From a virus: a stretch of DNA of 41,715 nucleotides. Below are positions 34,348 through 41,588 of the stretch, piece by piece. The stretch is from positions 1 through 41,715 of the IMG/VR virus record IMGVR_UViG_3300050139_000325. One strand, given 5' to 3'. The notes below the pieces were generated by a model. That model saw only the letters and a list, made by a program, of their open reading frames with translations. It was not told the origin of the DNA and searched no databases. The position numbers and the translations under genes were made by a program. The stretch's first letter is position 1. The number at the start of each line of letters is the position of its first letter.

Positions 34348-35228
34348 TCATGACTGTGAGCCTGTTTAAAGCGTTTGCCGCCGGCGAGATGGATTATATC
34401 GCCCAGCTTAACAATAACGCCGAGCTCATCGAGGCGACCCTGAACCAACTCCTGGCTCAGGTTACCGGTCAATCCGGGGCGCTGGCGGTCCCTATAGGCC
34501 TCCAGCAAATCTTTGATCGCCCCGGGCTCATTGGCATCAGCTCTTATGATTTTCCCACTGGCGGCGGCGCCAGCCTCATCGTAGCCCCGGGGGCCTACTG
34601 GGACGGGGGCACCTTTTATTACAAGACCAGCCCCACCACCCTGAGTCTGACCGGTGCGGCCGCCGGCACTTATTACGTGGTCCTGGACGCGGCGGGCAAT
34701 CCGGCCATTTCAGCTAATCCCGGAGCACCAACCCTCCGGCAATTTGCCTGGAGCGGCAGCGCCACCTCGGCCGAGGCCATCTATGCCGGCGTGGCCATCC
34801 TGCTTTCCGGCGCTGATTATGCTGACATGCTCACCTCCATAGCCCGGACCAAAACCTTCACCAAGGTAGCCGACCGGCTGGAAGAGATCGAGGTCCTGCT
34901 GGGCAAGAACGTGCAAACCCCGGCCAGCGCTGACAGCATTACCATCAACTGGAGCCTGGGAGGAGTTGCTCGGGTGGTTCTGAATCGGGCGACAACGACG
35001 TTCCACTTCACGGGCGGTTATGACTGCCAGAAGCTGGTGCTGGAATTGATCCAGGATGAAGTTGGTGGGAGAGCTGTCGCATTTGGAGCTGAGGTCCTGG
35101 CAGGTTCGTACTTTACGTTTCCGGTGCTATTGTCAAGTGCTGGACTGCTCGATTATCTCGGGTTCATTTATAAGCTGGACACGAACCATTACGACTATAC
35201 GAGCTTGGCTCGCGGTTACACGCAGTAA
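34344..35228 (+). CDS. Tail fibre-like protein (294 aa)
   Basis: N-terminal helical segment (YIAQLNNNAELIEATLNQLLAQV) followed by Gly/Ala/Thr-rich sequence. Located just before the receptor-binding protein. Confidence 0.5.
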   Translation: MIMTVSLFKAFAAGEMDYIAQLNNNAELIEATLNQLLAQVTGQSGALAVPIGLQQIFDRPGLIGISSYDFPTGGGASLIVAPGAYWDGGTFYYKTSPTTLSLTGAAAGTYYVVLDAAGNPAISANPGAPTLRQFAWSGSATSAEAIYAGVAILLSGADYADMLTSIARTKTFTKVADRLEEIEVLLGKNVQTPASADSITINWSLGGVARVVLNRATTTFHFTGGYDCQKLVLELIQDEVGGRAVAFGAEVLAGSYFTFPVLLSSAGLLDYLGFIYKLDTNHYDYTSLARGYTQ

Positions 35229-35291
35229 GGCTGGGAAAACCCTGAAATAATGCCGTGCATTCACTGTATTAGTTTCGCAATGGGGCAATAA

Positions 35292-36830
35292 ATGGCCGAC
35301 TTTGCACCATACAATATGACGTCGAATAGTGCGCCCTCGCCTTTTGTCGCTTCTGCGTCGAGTGAGGAGAATCCGTCTGCAAGTTGTGCTTGTAAGGCTT
35401 TCGATGGGGGCACCAACTATTGGGTTAGCGCCGGAGGAGGGGGAGTAGGTTGGCTAAAACTTGATATAGGTAGTGGTAATACAAAAATCCTGAAAAGTTA
35501 TGGTGTAAAAGTTAATATAATTCCAGAACCTAATCGTGCTCCAAAGAACTGGACTATGGAGGGCAGCAATGACAACTCAACTTGGGCCACTCTTCACACA
35601 GTAACCAACCAAACTTCATGGGGTTCCGGTGAACTCAGGACATTTGTTTGCGATATTGCTATAACTGCATACAGATATTTTAGGATTAATATAACTGCCA
35701 ATAACGGCGATGCAAATATCGAAATCTGCGAGCTTTACTTATTTGATGCGTTACCTGTGTTAACATCGTTCAATGCGATGGATGTTGATTCCAGATGTGT
35801 TGCATTTTGGAAAATGGCAAGTGGGGCATTAACCACCGACACAAAATCAACAAATACCCTCACAGCCTACAACACGCCTATTTCTGGAACCGATATTTGT
35901 GGTGTTCCTTCGGTAAGATTAAACGGTTCTAATCAATACCTTGTAATAGCAGATGCCTCCCTTGCTGCTGGTTTCCCTTTTAAGAATGGCGACACAGGGA
36001 AAAAGATAACGGTAGCCGTAAAATTTAGAGCATTAACAACTGGTGAATTCTGTACGGTTGGCAAATCTTATTTTGGAACTAATGATTCGTTTGGGGTTAG
36101 TTTTAATCCAGACTATTTTATTGATTGGAGTGGAGGTTATTACAATACTGGCATAGGACTGCCAGCTATAATTAATGGCTATGATTATCAGTTGATTTAT
36201 GTCATAGATGGTGCCGCCAAAACTTGTCAAATATACCTGTATTCTTATACGTTGCAAATTTTTTATACAGCCACCCTAATAACTATGGGCAGTGCTTTGG
36301 CTGGGTCTACGCTTGATTTTAGATTAGGATATGATTCTGGTCGAGGCGACTATGCTAATGTTGAACTTGCCGAGGTTGCGGTGTTTAACGACCTCCTTTC
36401 AGGGCAAGATATTATTGATATTTGTAGAGGAGTTTTCTTATCAACCACGCCTCCGGCTGATTCCCGCAGTTTAACAACTTGTGACCAAACCCCGGTGGTT
36501 CCTCCAAGTGATGCGCGCAGCTTAACGATTTGCACCACCATCACGGCATGGCCGCCAAGCGACACACGAAGCCTTTCTACTTGTGAAACGATTCCTCCGC
36601 CTCTCGGCCTTTGCCAAAGCCTAACCACTTGCGAAGTGATCAAGCCGCCGCCGGATGATGTCCGAAGCCTTACGGTTAGCGAATCTATTTTGATCCCACC
36701 CCCGGATGACTGCCGCAGTATTACCTATTGTCCGATCGCGGCTGGTGGAGAGCCGGATGCTGCGAGAAGTGTGTCCCTGGTACCAGCTTTACCCCTCCCC
36801 TTGGGTGAGGGCACTTTCATGATTTTCTAA
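35292..36830 (+). CDS. Receptor-binding protein: discoidin (F5/8 type C)-like domain, LamG/concanavalin-like domain, and a C-terminal 7x ~17-aa repeat
   Basis: AFDGGTNYW...WLKLDIG...YGVKVN...NRAPKNWTMEGSNDNSTW...YRYFRINIT fits a discoidin domain. VAFWKM...SVRLNGSNQYLVIAD...ITVAVKFR fits a LamG-like jelly roll. The repeats follow PPxDxRSLTxCxxI. GC is visibly lower than in neighbouring genes. Confidence 0.7.
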   Translation: MADFAPYNMTSNSAPSPFVASASSEENPSASCACKAFDGGTNYWVSAGGGGVGWLKLDIGSGNTKILKSYGVKVNIIPEPNRAPKNWTMEGSNDNSTWATLHTVTNQTSWGSGELRTFVCDIAITAYRYFRINITANNGDANIEICELYLFDALPVLTSFNAMDVDSRCVAFWKMASGALTTDTKSTNTLTAYNTPISGTDICGVPSVRLNGSNQYLVIADASLAAGFPFKNGDTGKKITVAVKFRALTTGEFCTVGKSYFGTNDSFGVSFNPDYFIDWSGGYYNTGIGLPAIINGYDYQLIYVIDGAAKTCQIYLYSYTLQIFYTATLITMGSALAGSTLDFRLGYDSGRGDYANVELAEVAVFNDLLSGQDIIDICRGVFLSTTPPADSRSLTTCDQTPVVPPSDARSLTICTTITAWPPSDTRSLSTCETIPPPLGLCQSLTTCEVIKPPPDDVRSLTVSESILIPPPDDCRSITYCPIAAGGEPDAARSVSLVPALPLPLGEGTFMIF

Positions 36831-36843
36831 GAGGGAGAAAGCA

Positions 36844-37227
36844 ATGAGCAAATCGATTGACGCCAATTCGATGGATGCCGGGCTGAACGATATCGCCAAT
36901 AATGGCAATTTCCTATACCTATGCTCAGCCGCCCCTGCCGTCGTTGCAGATGTGGCCACATACGCATTGGGTCACGTTGCGATCACTCCTGGGGTCGGGA
37001 GCGGCGCCTACACGCTGGCAGCCGGTATTGTCTCGGGGCGCAGGCTCAACCTGGCCCAGCAGGTAGTTCCGGGGACTGCCGGCGGCACTGCCACCCATGC
37101 CGTGATCATCGATTCTGTGAACAGCAGGATTAAAGCCGTCACGTCCGCCCCGAATTACGCCATGGTAAATGGGGTGAATCAGTCTGTACCGGCTTACAAC
37201 GTCTGGGAGATCGAGGCCCCGACCTAA
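36844..37227 (+). CDS. Hypothetical protein (127 aa) downstream of the receptor-binding protein
   Basis: RBS GAGGGAGAAAG upstream. No motif recognised. Confidence 0.5.
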   Translation: MSKSIDANSMDAGLNDIANNGNFLYLCSAAPAVVADVATYALGHVAITPGVGSGAYTLAAGIVSGRRLNLAQQVVPGTAGGTATHAVIIDSVNSRIKAVTSAPNYAMVNGVNQSVPAYNVWEIEAPT

Positions 37228-37255
37228 CCCTTTAACCTTGAGGAGGGCTCCATGG

Positions 37256-37702
37256 ATGGTGCATCAGAATCTCGAGCGGCCCCCGGAGGCCTTCGGTCTC
37301 CACCTGACCCTGGACGGTTACGGCTGTTCCCGGGAGGCCTTGATTGACCTCCGGGGGATCTATCAGTTCCTCGATGCGACCCCGGCCGCCATCGGCATGA
37401 CCCGGATCATGGCGCCCTTTGTCATCGCCTACCATCCGCCGCCTGGCGAACCTCCGGAAGATTGGGGCGTGCGGGGGGCCGTGCTCATCGCCGAATCCCA
37501 TATCACCGTCCACACCTATCCGGACCAGGGGCGCCTCCATCTGGACATTTTTTCCTGCAAGAAATTTGACGTGCCGCAGGTCACCGCCCGGGTGGTGGAC
37601 CATTTCCACCCGGCCCGGATTGAACCCCAGCTCCTGCACCGTGGCCTGGAGTTTCCCCGGGAAGGGCTGCCGGTAGCCGCCCCATGGCGGCCTGATGCTT
37701 AA
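37256..37702 (+). CDS. speH: S-adenosylmethionine decarboxylase proenzyme, small prokaryotic (SpeH-type, pyruvoyl) class
   Basis: GVRGAVLIAESHITVHTYPDQGRLHLDIFSCKKFD closely parallels the class-1 AdoMetDC core (GVSGVV.I.ESH..IHTWPE.GY...D.FTCG), including the E-S self-cleavage site (Ser codon 37496-37498). RBS GAGGAGGG 7 nt before ATG 37256. Confidence 0.8.
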   Translation: MVHQNLERPPEAFGLHLTLDGYGCSREALIDLRGIYQFLDATPAAIGMTRIMAPFVIAYHPPPGEPPEDWGVRGAVLIAESHITVHTYPDQGRLHLDIFSCKKFDVPQVTARVVDHFHPARIEPQLLHRGLEFPREGLPVAAPWRPDA

Positions 37703-38222
37703 ACAACTCTGCGCCGGGCATGAAATGGAGATCCTGCTCCTGATCGTCATCTTGGTTATTTCCATTGGCAAAGGGAGCGGGATGTTGCTGTTGCAACTCC
37801 TGAAAAGACTGACCCCCGGCCATGGAGATCTCAATGTTAACTTCGGGACTCTGGACCGGCGAAATGAGGCCAGGGACCGAGTGGCTATGGTCGGGGACAG
37901 GATCAGCATGGCCGATGATCGTCAGCACATGGCGGATGACCGGGATATTATGACCGGGGACCGGAGGGCCCTGGCCTCGGACCGGGCGGTTTTGTTGGGC
38001 CACGCCTGTCAGATTCCTGAAGACTGCCCCAAACATGGAGAAGAAAGCCAGCGATCCCTGCAAAACAAAAACGATATTGCTGAATTAAAAAAGCAACATC
38101 ACGAAGACCGTAATATTTTTTTTAAGGAATTAAAGGGCATTCGCGGGGGTATCACCTGCATTACCAATGGCCTGCTGGCCAAGCAGATCATCGACCCCAA
38201 AGATTTACCGAGGGAGGATTAA
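37695..38222 (+). CDS. Membrane protein (N-terminal TM) with 5-6 heptad (M/L)x(G/D)DRxx repeats; holin/lysis-regulator candidate
   Basis: TM segment EILLLIVILVISIG. 21-bp tandem repeats at 37887-37991. Alternative start ATG 37725. Immediately precedes the endolysin. Confidence 0.6.
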   Translation: MLKQLCAGHEMEILLLIVILVISIGKGSGMLLLQLLKRLTPGHGDLNVNFGTLDRRNEARDRVAMVGDRISMADDRQHMADDRDIMTGDRRALASDRAVLLGHACQIPEDCPKHGEESQRSLQNKNDIAELKKQHHEDRNIFFKELKGIRGGITCITNGLLAKQIIDPKDLPRED

Positions 38223-38226
38223 GAGC

Positions 38227-38763
38227 ATGATCGACCCCAAAACCGGCATCGACTTCCCGTTTTTCCAATCCCAGGTGGCAGACATCTTCGGCGAACCAGA
38301 CGAGAACGGCCCTTTCGCCCAGGCATATCTCCGGACCCTGGACCTGTCCCAATATGCGGACGCCTTCGGCCACGTCAAGGATTACGAGGGCAATCCCTGG
38401 GGGCTCAAGATTTACTGCAATTACGTCATGCACGAACCTCTGAAACGGGCGTTCGGCCTCATCGTGGCCCGGGGCCTGGCGGGGGAACTCAGGACCTATG
38501 AGGGGTCCTTCAACATCCGGCAGAGCAAGGGCGGCGGGATGATGTCCATGCACTCCTGGGGCCTGGCGGTAGACTTCAATGCCGGCACGAATCCTTTCGG
38601 GCAGGAAGGCGATATGTCGCCCGAGATGGTCAAATGCTTTGCGGAGTCGGGGATGGAATGGGGCGGCCTGTGGAGCAATCCAGACGGGATGCACTTTCAG
38701 ATCGTCTGGGTGAAGAATCGCACCGATGGGGATCCCCTGAACCCGGTGGCATGGGTGGCATAA
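38227..38763 (+). CDS. Endolysin, M15-family zinc peptidase (VanY / L-Ala-D-Glu peptidase type)
   Basis: SMHSWGLAVDF and DGMHFQ supply the H-x6-D...H zinc-ligand pattern of M15 peptidases. RBS GGGAGG upstream. Confidence 0.8.
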   Translation: MIDPKTGIDFPFFQSQVADIFGEPDENGPFAQAYLRTLDLSQYADAFGHVKDYEGNPWGLKIYCNYVMHEPLKRAFGLIVARGLAGELRTYEGSFNIRQSKGGGMMSMHSWGLAVDFNAGTNPFGQEGDMSPEMVKCFAESGMEWGGLWSNPDGMHFQIVWVKNRTDGDPLNPVAWVA

Positions 38764-39132
38764 ATGGGTTTCTGGTCAGACCTCGCATCTTCGGACAATA
38801 CCAAGGTCAGCACCCCCCAGGTGCTTTCCATGGTCCCCCAGATGATTATGGTTGGCCTCGGGACCATCCTGATGGGGGTGTCCATCGTCCTCATCATCTA
38901 TCACTGTTTTTATCACCGGAAGGGGATCGACGGGGACACGGTGAAACTGATTCTGGGGCTCATGGGTGGCGGGGTTCTCAACGCCGGCGCATCGTATTTC
39001 AGCCGGACCACGGCGACCACTACCGTCCTGTCCGGGGCGGCGCCTGTGCCCCCGGCCGCCCCCCCGGACCCTAACGCTCTTGCGTCGGCCCCGTCTCGGG
39101 CCAAGCCGGCGCCGACGCAAGAGGTGGGATGA
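38764..39132 (+). CDS. Membrane protein (122 aa), holin candidate
   Basis: TM segments (MVPQMIMVGLGTILMGVSIVLIIY, LILGLMGGGVL). The ATG directly follows the endolysin stop (TAAATG). Confidence 0.55.
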   Translation: MGFWSDLASSDNTKVSTPQVLSMVPQMIMVGLGTILMGVSIVLIIYHCFYHRKGIDGDTVKLILGLMGGGVLNAGASYFSRTTATTTVLSGAAPVPPAAPPDPNALASAPSRAKPAPTQEVG

Positions 39133-39365
39133 TGGAGGTGCGCCCCAAAAGACTGGTATGGAGCCAGATGCAGTCTGGCTTATGGAACGGCAAGGTGGGG
39201 ATTCGCACCATGTTCACCCTGGGGCAGGATGGGCACAATGCGAATTGGATTCTGGCCTCGCAGTTGCCAGGGGGACGGAAGGGGCTTCAGGTTGTGTCGG
39301 AAGCTGCAGGAAAACTCCTGGCAAAACAGCTGTATGCCGAGTTTTTGAGGTCACTTTATGAATAA
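39129..39365 (+). CDS. Hypothetical protein (78 aa)
   Basis: ATGA overlap with the upstream gene. Confidence 0.45.
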   Translation: MMEVRPKRLVWSQMQSGLWNGKVGIRTMFTLGQDGHNANWILASQLPGGRKGLQVVSEAAGKLLAKQLYAEFLRSLYE

Positions 39366-39651
39366 TGATCAGCGGCGTCCCATCGCCATTTGCCCCCATT
39401 GCCGGAACGTGGTCAACGCTCTGGTCTTGACGCACACACAATGGGAGGTCGCCAGGAGATTAATCAATGGCGAGAGCACGGTGAATATAGCCCATGACCT
39501 ATGCGTCAGTTACAAAACGGTTGAATCCCACCGGGCAAAGATATTTTTGGTTTTGGGCATCAAGAACATCCCTCACTTAATCCGGTGGGCGTATGACCGT
39601 GGAATATTAGAACTAATAAAGTGGGGAGCGCCCCCGCCGGAGGAAGGATGA
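39358..39651 (+). CDS. LuxR/GerE-type HTH regulator (97 aa) with an N-terminal CxxC
   Basis: LTHTQWEVARRLINGESTVNIAHDLCVSYKTVESHRAKIFLVLGIKNIPHLIRWA fits the GerE HTH pattern. Confidence 0.75.
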   Translation: MNNDQRRPIAICPHCRNVVNALVLTHTQWEVARRLINGESTVNIAHDLCVSYKTVESHRAKIFLVLGIKNIPHLIRWAYDRGILELIKWGAPPPEEG

Positions 39652-39718
39652 TGCGGAGAAGGATCATGAGTTTGCGCAGATTTTAATCAGAATTCTAAAG
39701 CTAAAGGAGAGGACCGCC

Positions 39719-39988
39719 ATGAGTAAAATTACTGATGCCCTGAACACTGCAGTTGCCGCCGTTGTGACCCGGATGGTGGTGTTGGCCACCGAGAACACCA
39801 CTCTGAAGGCCCAACTGGCAACCTTTGCGGATCAAGCAGCCGCGCTGGAAGCTGCTGCGGTTGCCGATGCGGCGGCGGAACAGGACGCGACCGACAAGCT
39901 GAACGCAGTCCTGGCCACCGCCGCTCCCGGGCCGTCTGCCGCCGGGCCGCCCACCACCGCCGAACTGGACGCGGCCGCAGCCACTTAA
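39719..39988 (+). CDS. Ala-rich helical protein (89 aa)
   Basis: RBS AAAGGAGAGG upstream. Low-complexity Ala/Thr composition. Confidence 0.4.
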   Translation: MSKITDALNTAVAAVVTRMVVLATENTTLKAQLATFADQAAALEAAAVADAAAEQDATDKLNAVLATAAPGPSAAGPPTTAELDAAAAT

Positions 39989-40032
39989 CCACGGGCGGGG
40001 TGAAAGCCCCCGCCTCCACAAAAGAGGTTCCA

Positions 40033-40431
40033 ATGGCTACATGGACCATAATCAAACTCGCGGTGGGCGGCGCCATTATCCTGGCGCTTATGGGGTGGGG
40101 CGGCAAGATTGTCTATAACCACGATCAGAAGGTGAAGGCCGCAATGCAGGCCGAAATTGACAGCCTTAAATCCAAGCAAACGGTCCTTGAGAGTAACCAG
40201 CAGGAGACGAAGAAGATCGTCGATAATCTCGCCAAGATCAAACGGAGGGCGTCCGGTGAAAAATCTACCATGCAACAAGCTATTGTCGAGCCTACTCCTG
40301 ATAACTACGTTAATTTTACTCGGCGGTACCGGGTGCGCCCCGGCGATCAAGCAGGTCCTCCCCCAAATGGAAAAGGAGCAGGTCATCCTCCCGGTAAAAC
40401 TCGACCCCAAGCCTTACCTGCCCCTAACTGA
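40033..40431 (+). CDS. i-spanin candidate (N-terminal TM plus coiled coil)
   Basis: MATWTIIKLAVGGAIILALMGWGG followed by a helical KVKAAMQAEIDSLKSKQTVLESNQQETKKIV. Last genes of the lysis cassette. Confidence 0.55.
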   Translation: MATWTIIKLAVGGAIILALMGWGGKIVYNHDQKVKAAMQAEIDSLKSKQTVLESNQQETKKIVDNLAKIKRRASGEKSTMQQAIVEPTPDNYVNFTRRYRVRPGDQAGPPPNGKGAGHPPGKTRPQALPAPN

Positions 40432-40603
40432 TGAACAGGTCCGGAAGCTGTTGGCCTGGGACCCGGGGATCACCAAGATAATCTTTGATAATCAGGCGGA
40501 TTGGTTTGCCATTTATGATGCGGCCACGGTTATTCAGACGGGTTATGAGAATTATCTGGCGACCATCTTCGGGGGCGGCAAGGCCAAGAAAAAGGCCCCA
40601 TAA
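40256..40603 (+). CDS. o-spanin candidate (lipoprotein-like), overlapping the i-spanin in the +1 frame
   Basis: GTG start 6 nt after GGAGGG. Signal-like LLSSLLLITTLILLGGTGC with a Cys after Gly (imperfect lipobox). Confidence 0.45.
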   Translation: MKNLPCNKLLSSLLLITTLILLGGTGCAPAIKQVLPQMEKEQVILPVKLDPKPYLPLTDEQVRKLLAWDPGITKIIFDNQADWFAIYDAATVIQTGYENYLATIFGGGKAKKKAP

Positions 40604-40645
40604 TTCCCTGGGTCTGCGCTGGAATCTTGGAAATGACCGACCATC

Positions 40646-40670
40646 GCGGGTGCGATTCCCGCTGCCTCCG
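40646..40670 (+). other. tRNA 3'-end-like fragment (T-arm plus acceptor strand)
   Basis: GCGGG-TGCGATT-CCCGC followed by TGCCTCC-G. No matching 5' half or anticodon arm upstream. Confidence 0.45.
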
Positions 40671-40800
40671 TCAGTTTGGGTGTCCGCGTTTTGTCCGCGA
40701 ACCTGCGTACAAATTGACGAATTTTGAGTGATTTTGACAAATTCTTAAGCCTTGCCAAAATATTGAAAACCTGCGATATATAAGCCTGACAAGCATTTCC

Positions 40801-40840
40801 GCCGGCATAGCTCAGTGGTAGAGCAGCTGATTCGTAATCA
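40801..40840 (+). pseudogene. Truncated tRNA-Thr(CGU): 5' part only (acceptor, D-arm, anticodon loop)
   Basis: GCCGGCA TA GCTC AGTGGTA GAGC A GCTGA TTCGTAA TCA, then the similarity breaks. No T-arm or 3' acceptor follows. Closely parallels E. coli tRNA-Thr(CGU) up to the anticodon stem. Confidence 0.7.
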
Positions 40841-40844
40841 CAAG

Positions 40845-40878
40845 AGAGGCCCCGTTTTATCGGGGCCTCTTTGCTTTT
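40845..40878 (+). terminator. Rho-independent terminator abutting the truncated tRNA
   Basis: Perfect 10-bp stem AGAGGCCCCG / CGGGGCCTCT, 6-nt loop, then TTGCTTTTGT. Confidence 0.8.
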
Positions 40879-41073
40879 GTCCGTATTTTGTTCGCAAATC
40901 TGGTCTCATAGCCGAGATGATCCCGGACCTTCTCTATCATGCTTGCCCCCCGCACAGATTATTCTGATTGACTCTCCCCGCCTTTTCGCCATAAACTGCC
41001 CTCATGAAGATCGATTTAGCTACCGAGAAAGCATATCTCCACAATTGGCAGTGGGGTCCCATGGAGGCTGGCA

Positions 41074-41588
41074 GTGAGCATCGAACGGCGTTTTGACATC
41101 CCTCTTGTTGCCGCCCTGGCCCTCAAGGAAAAACAGATTCAACAGAATTACCGCCCTATTATCGCCGTGCATAAGTGGTTTGCCAGGCGGCCCGGCACGC
41201 TTTTTCGGGGCCTGGTTTTATCGGAGTTTGGCAATCGCCCCCTAAGCGAGAGTTTTTTTGAGGCCAATGATTTCCCCGAAAAGACTGTTGCCGATCCCTT
41301 CATGGGTGGCGGGACGCCGTTGTTGGAGGCTAACCGCGTCGGCTGCGAGGTGCTGGGCTGCGATATCAACCCTATGGCCGCTTGGATTGTCCGGGAGGAA
41401 ATCGAACATCTTGACCTTAAGGCCTACCGTTTAGCTGCCAATACCTTGATTGAGAACCTAATGGCGGAGATCGGCACGGCCTACCGCACCGATTGCCCGA
41501 TCTACGGCGACAGCGATGTGCCCGTGAAATACTTCCTATGGGTAAAGACCCTCGATTGCGAGCAATGCGGGCATGAGTTTGATTTGTT
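41074..41588 (+). pseudogene. DUF1156-type DNA methyltransferase, N-terminal ~171 aa only, truncated at the IS junction
   Basis: VHKWFARRPGTLFR (DUF1156 signature), the SAM motif DPFMGGGTPLLEANRVGCEVLGCDINPMA, and a CEQCGHEF zinc site. The frame runs into the IS sequence and stops at 41599-41601. Full-length homologs are several-fold longer. Confidence 0.75.

Noticed and set aside
36450-36790. Diversity-generating retroelement target (variable region) in the receptor-binding protein
   Set aside because: No reverse transcriptase gene and no template-repeat copy of this segment were seen in the window. The variation is a diverged tandem repeat, not adenine-specific VR/TR mismatching.
39649-39687. 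12-aa Arg-rich micro-ORF (MMRRRIMSLRRF) after the LuxR-type gene
   Set aside because: It is too short, has no RBS and has no supporting signal. It was noted only as a curiosity.
40801-40878. Intact tRNA-Thr gene
   Set aside because: Anticodon-stem pairing fails after three base pairs. The downstream hairpin has a 10-bp stem with a 6-nt loop, which is terminator-like rather than a T-arm, and no 3' acceptor strand complementary to GCCGGCA follows.
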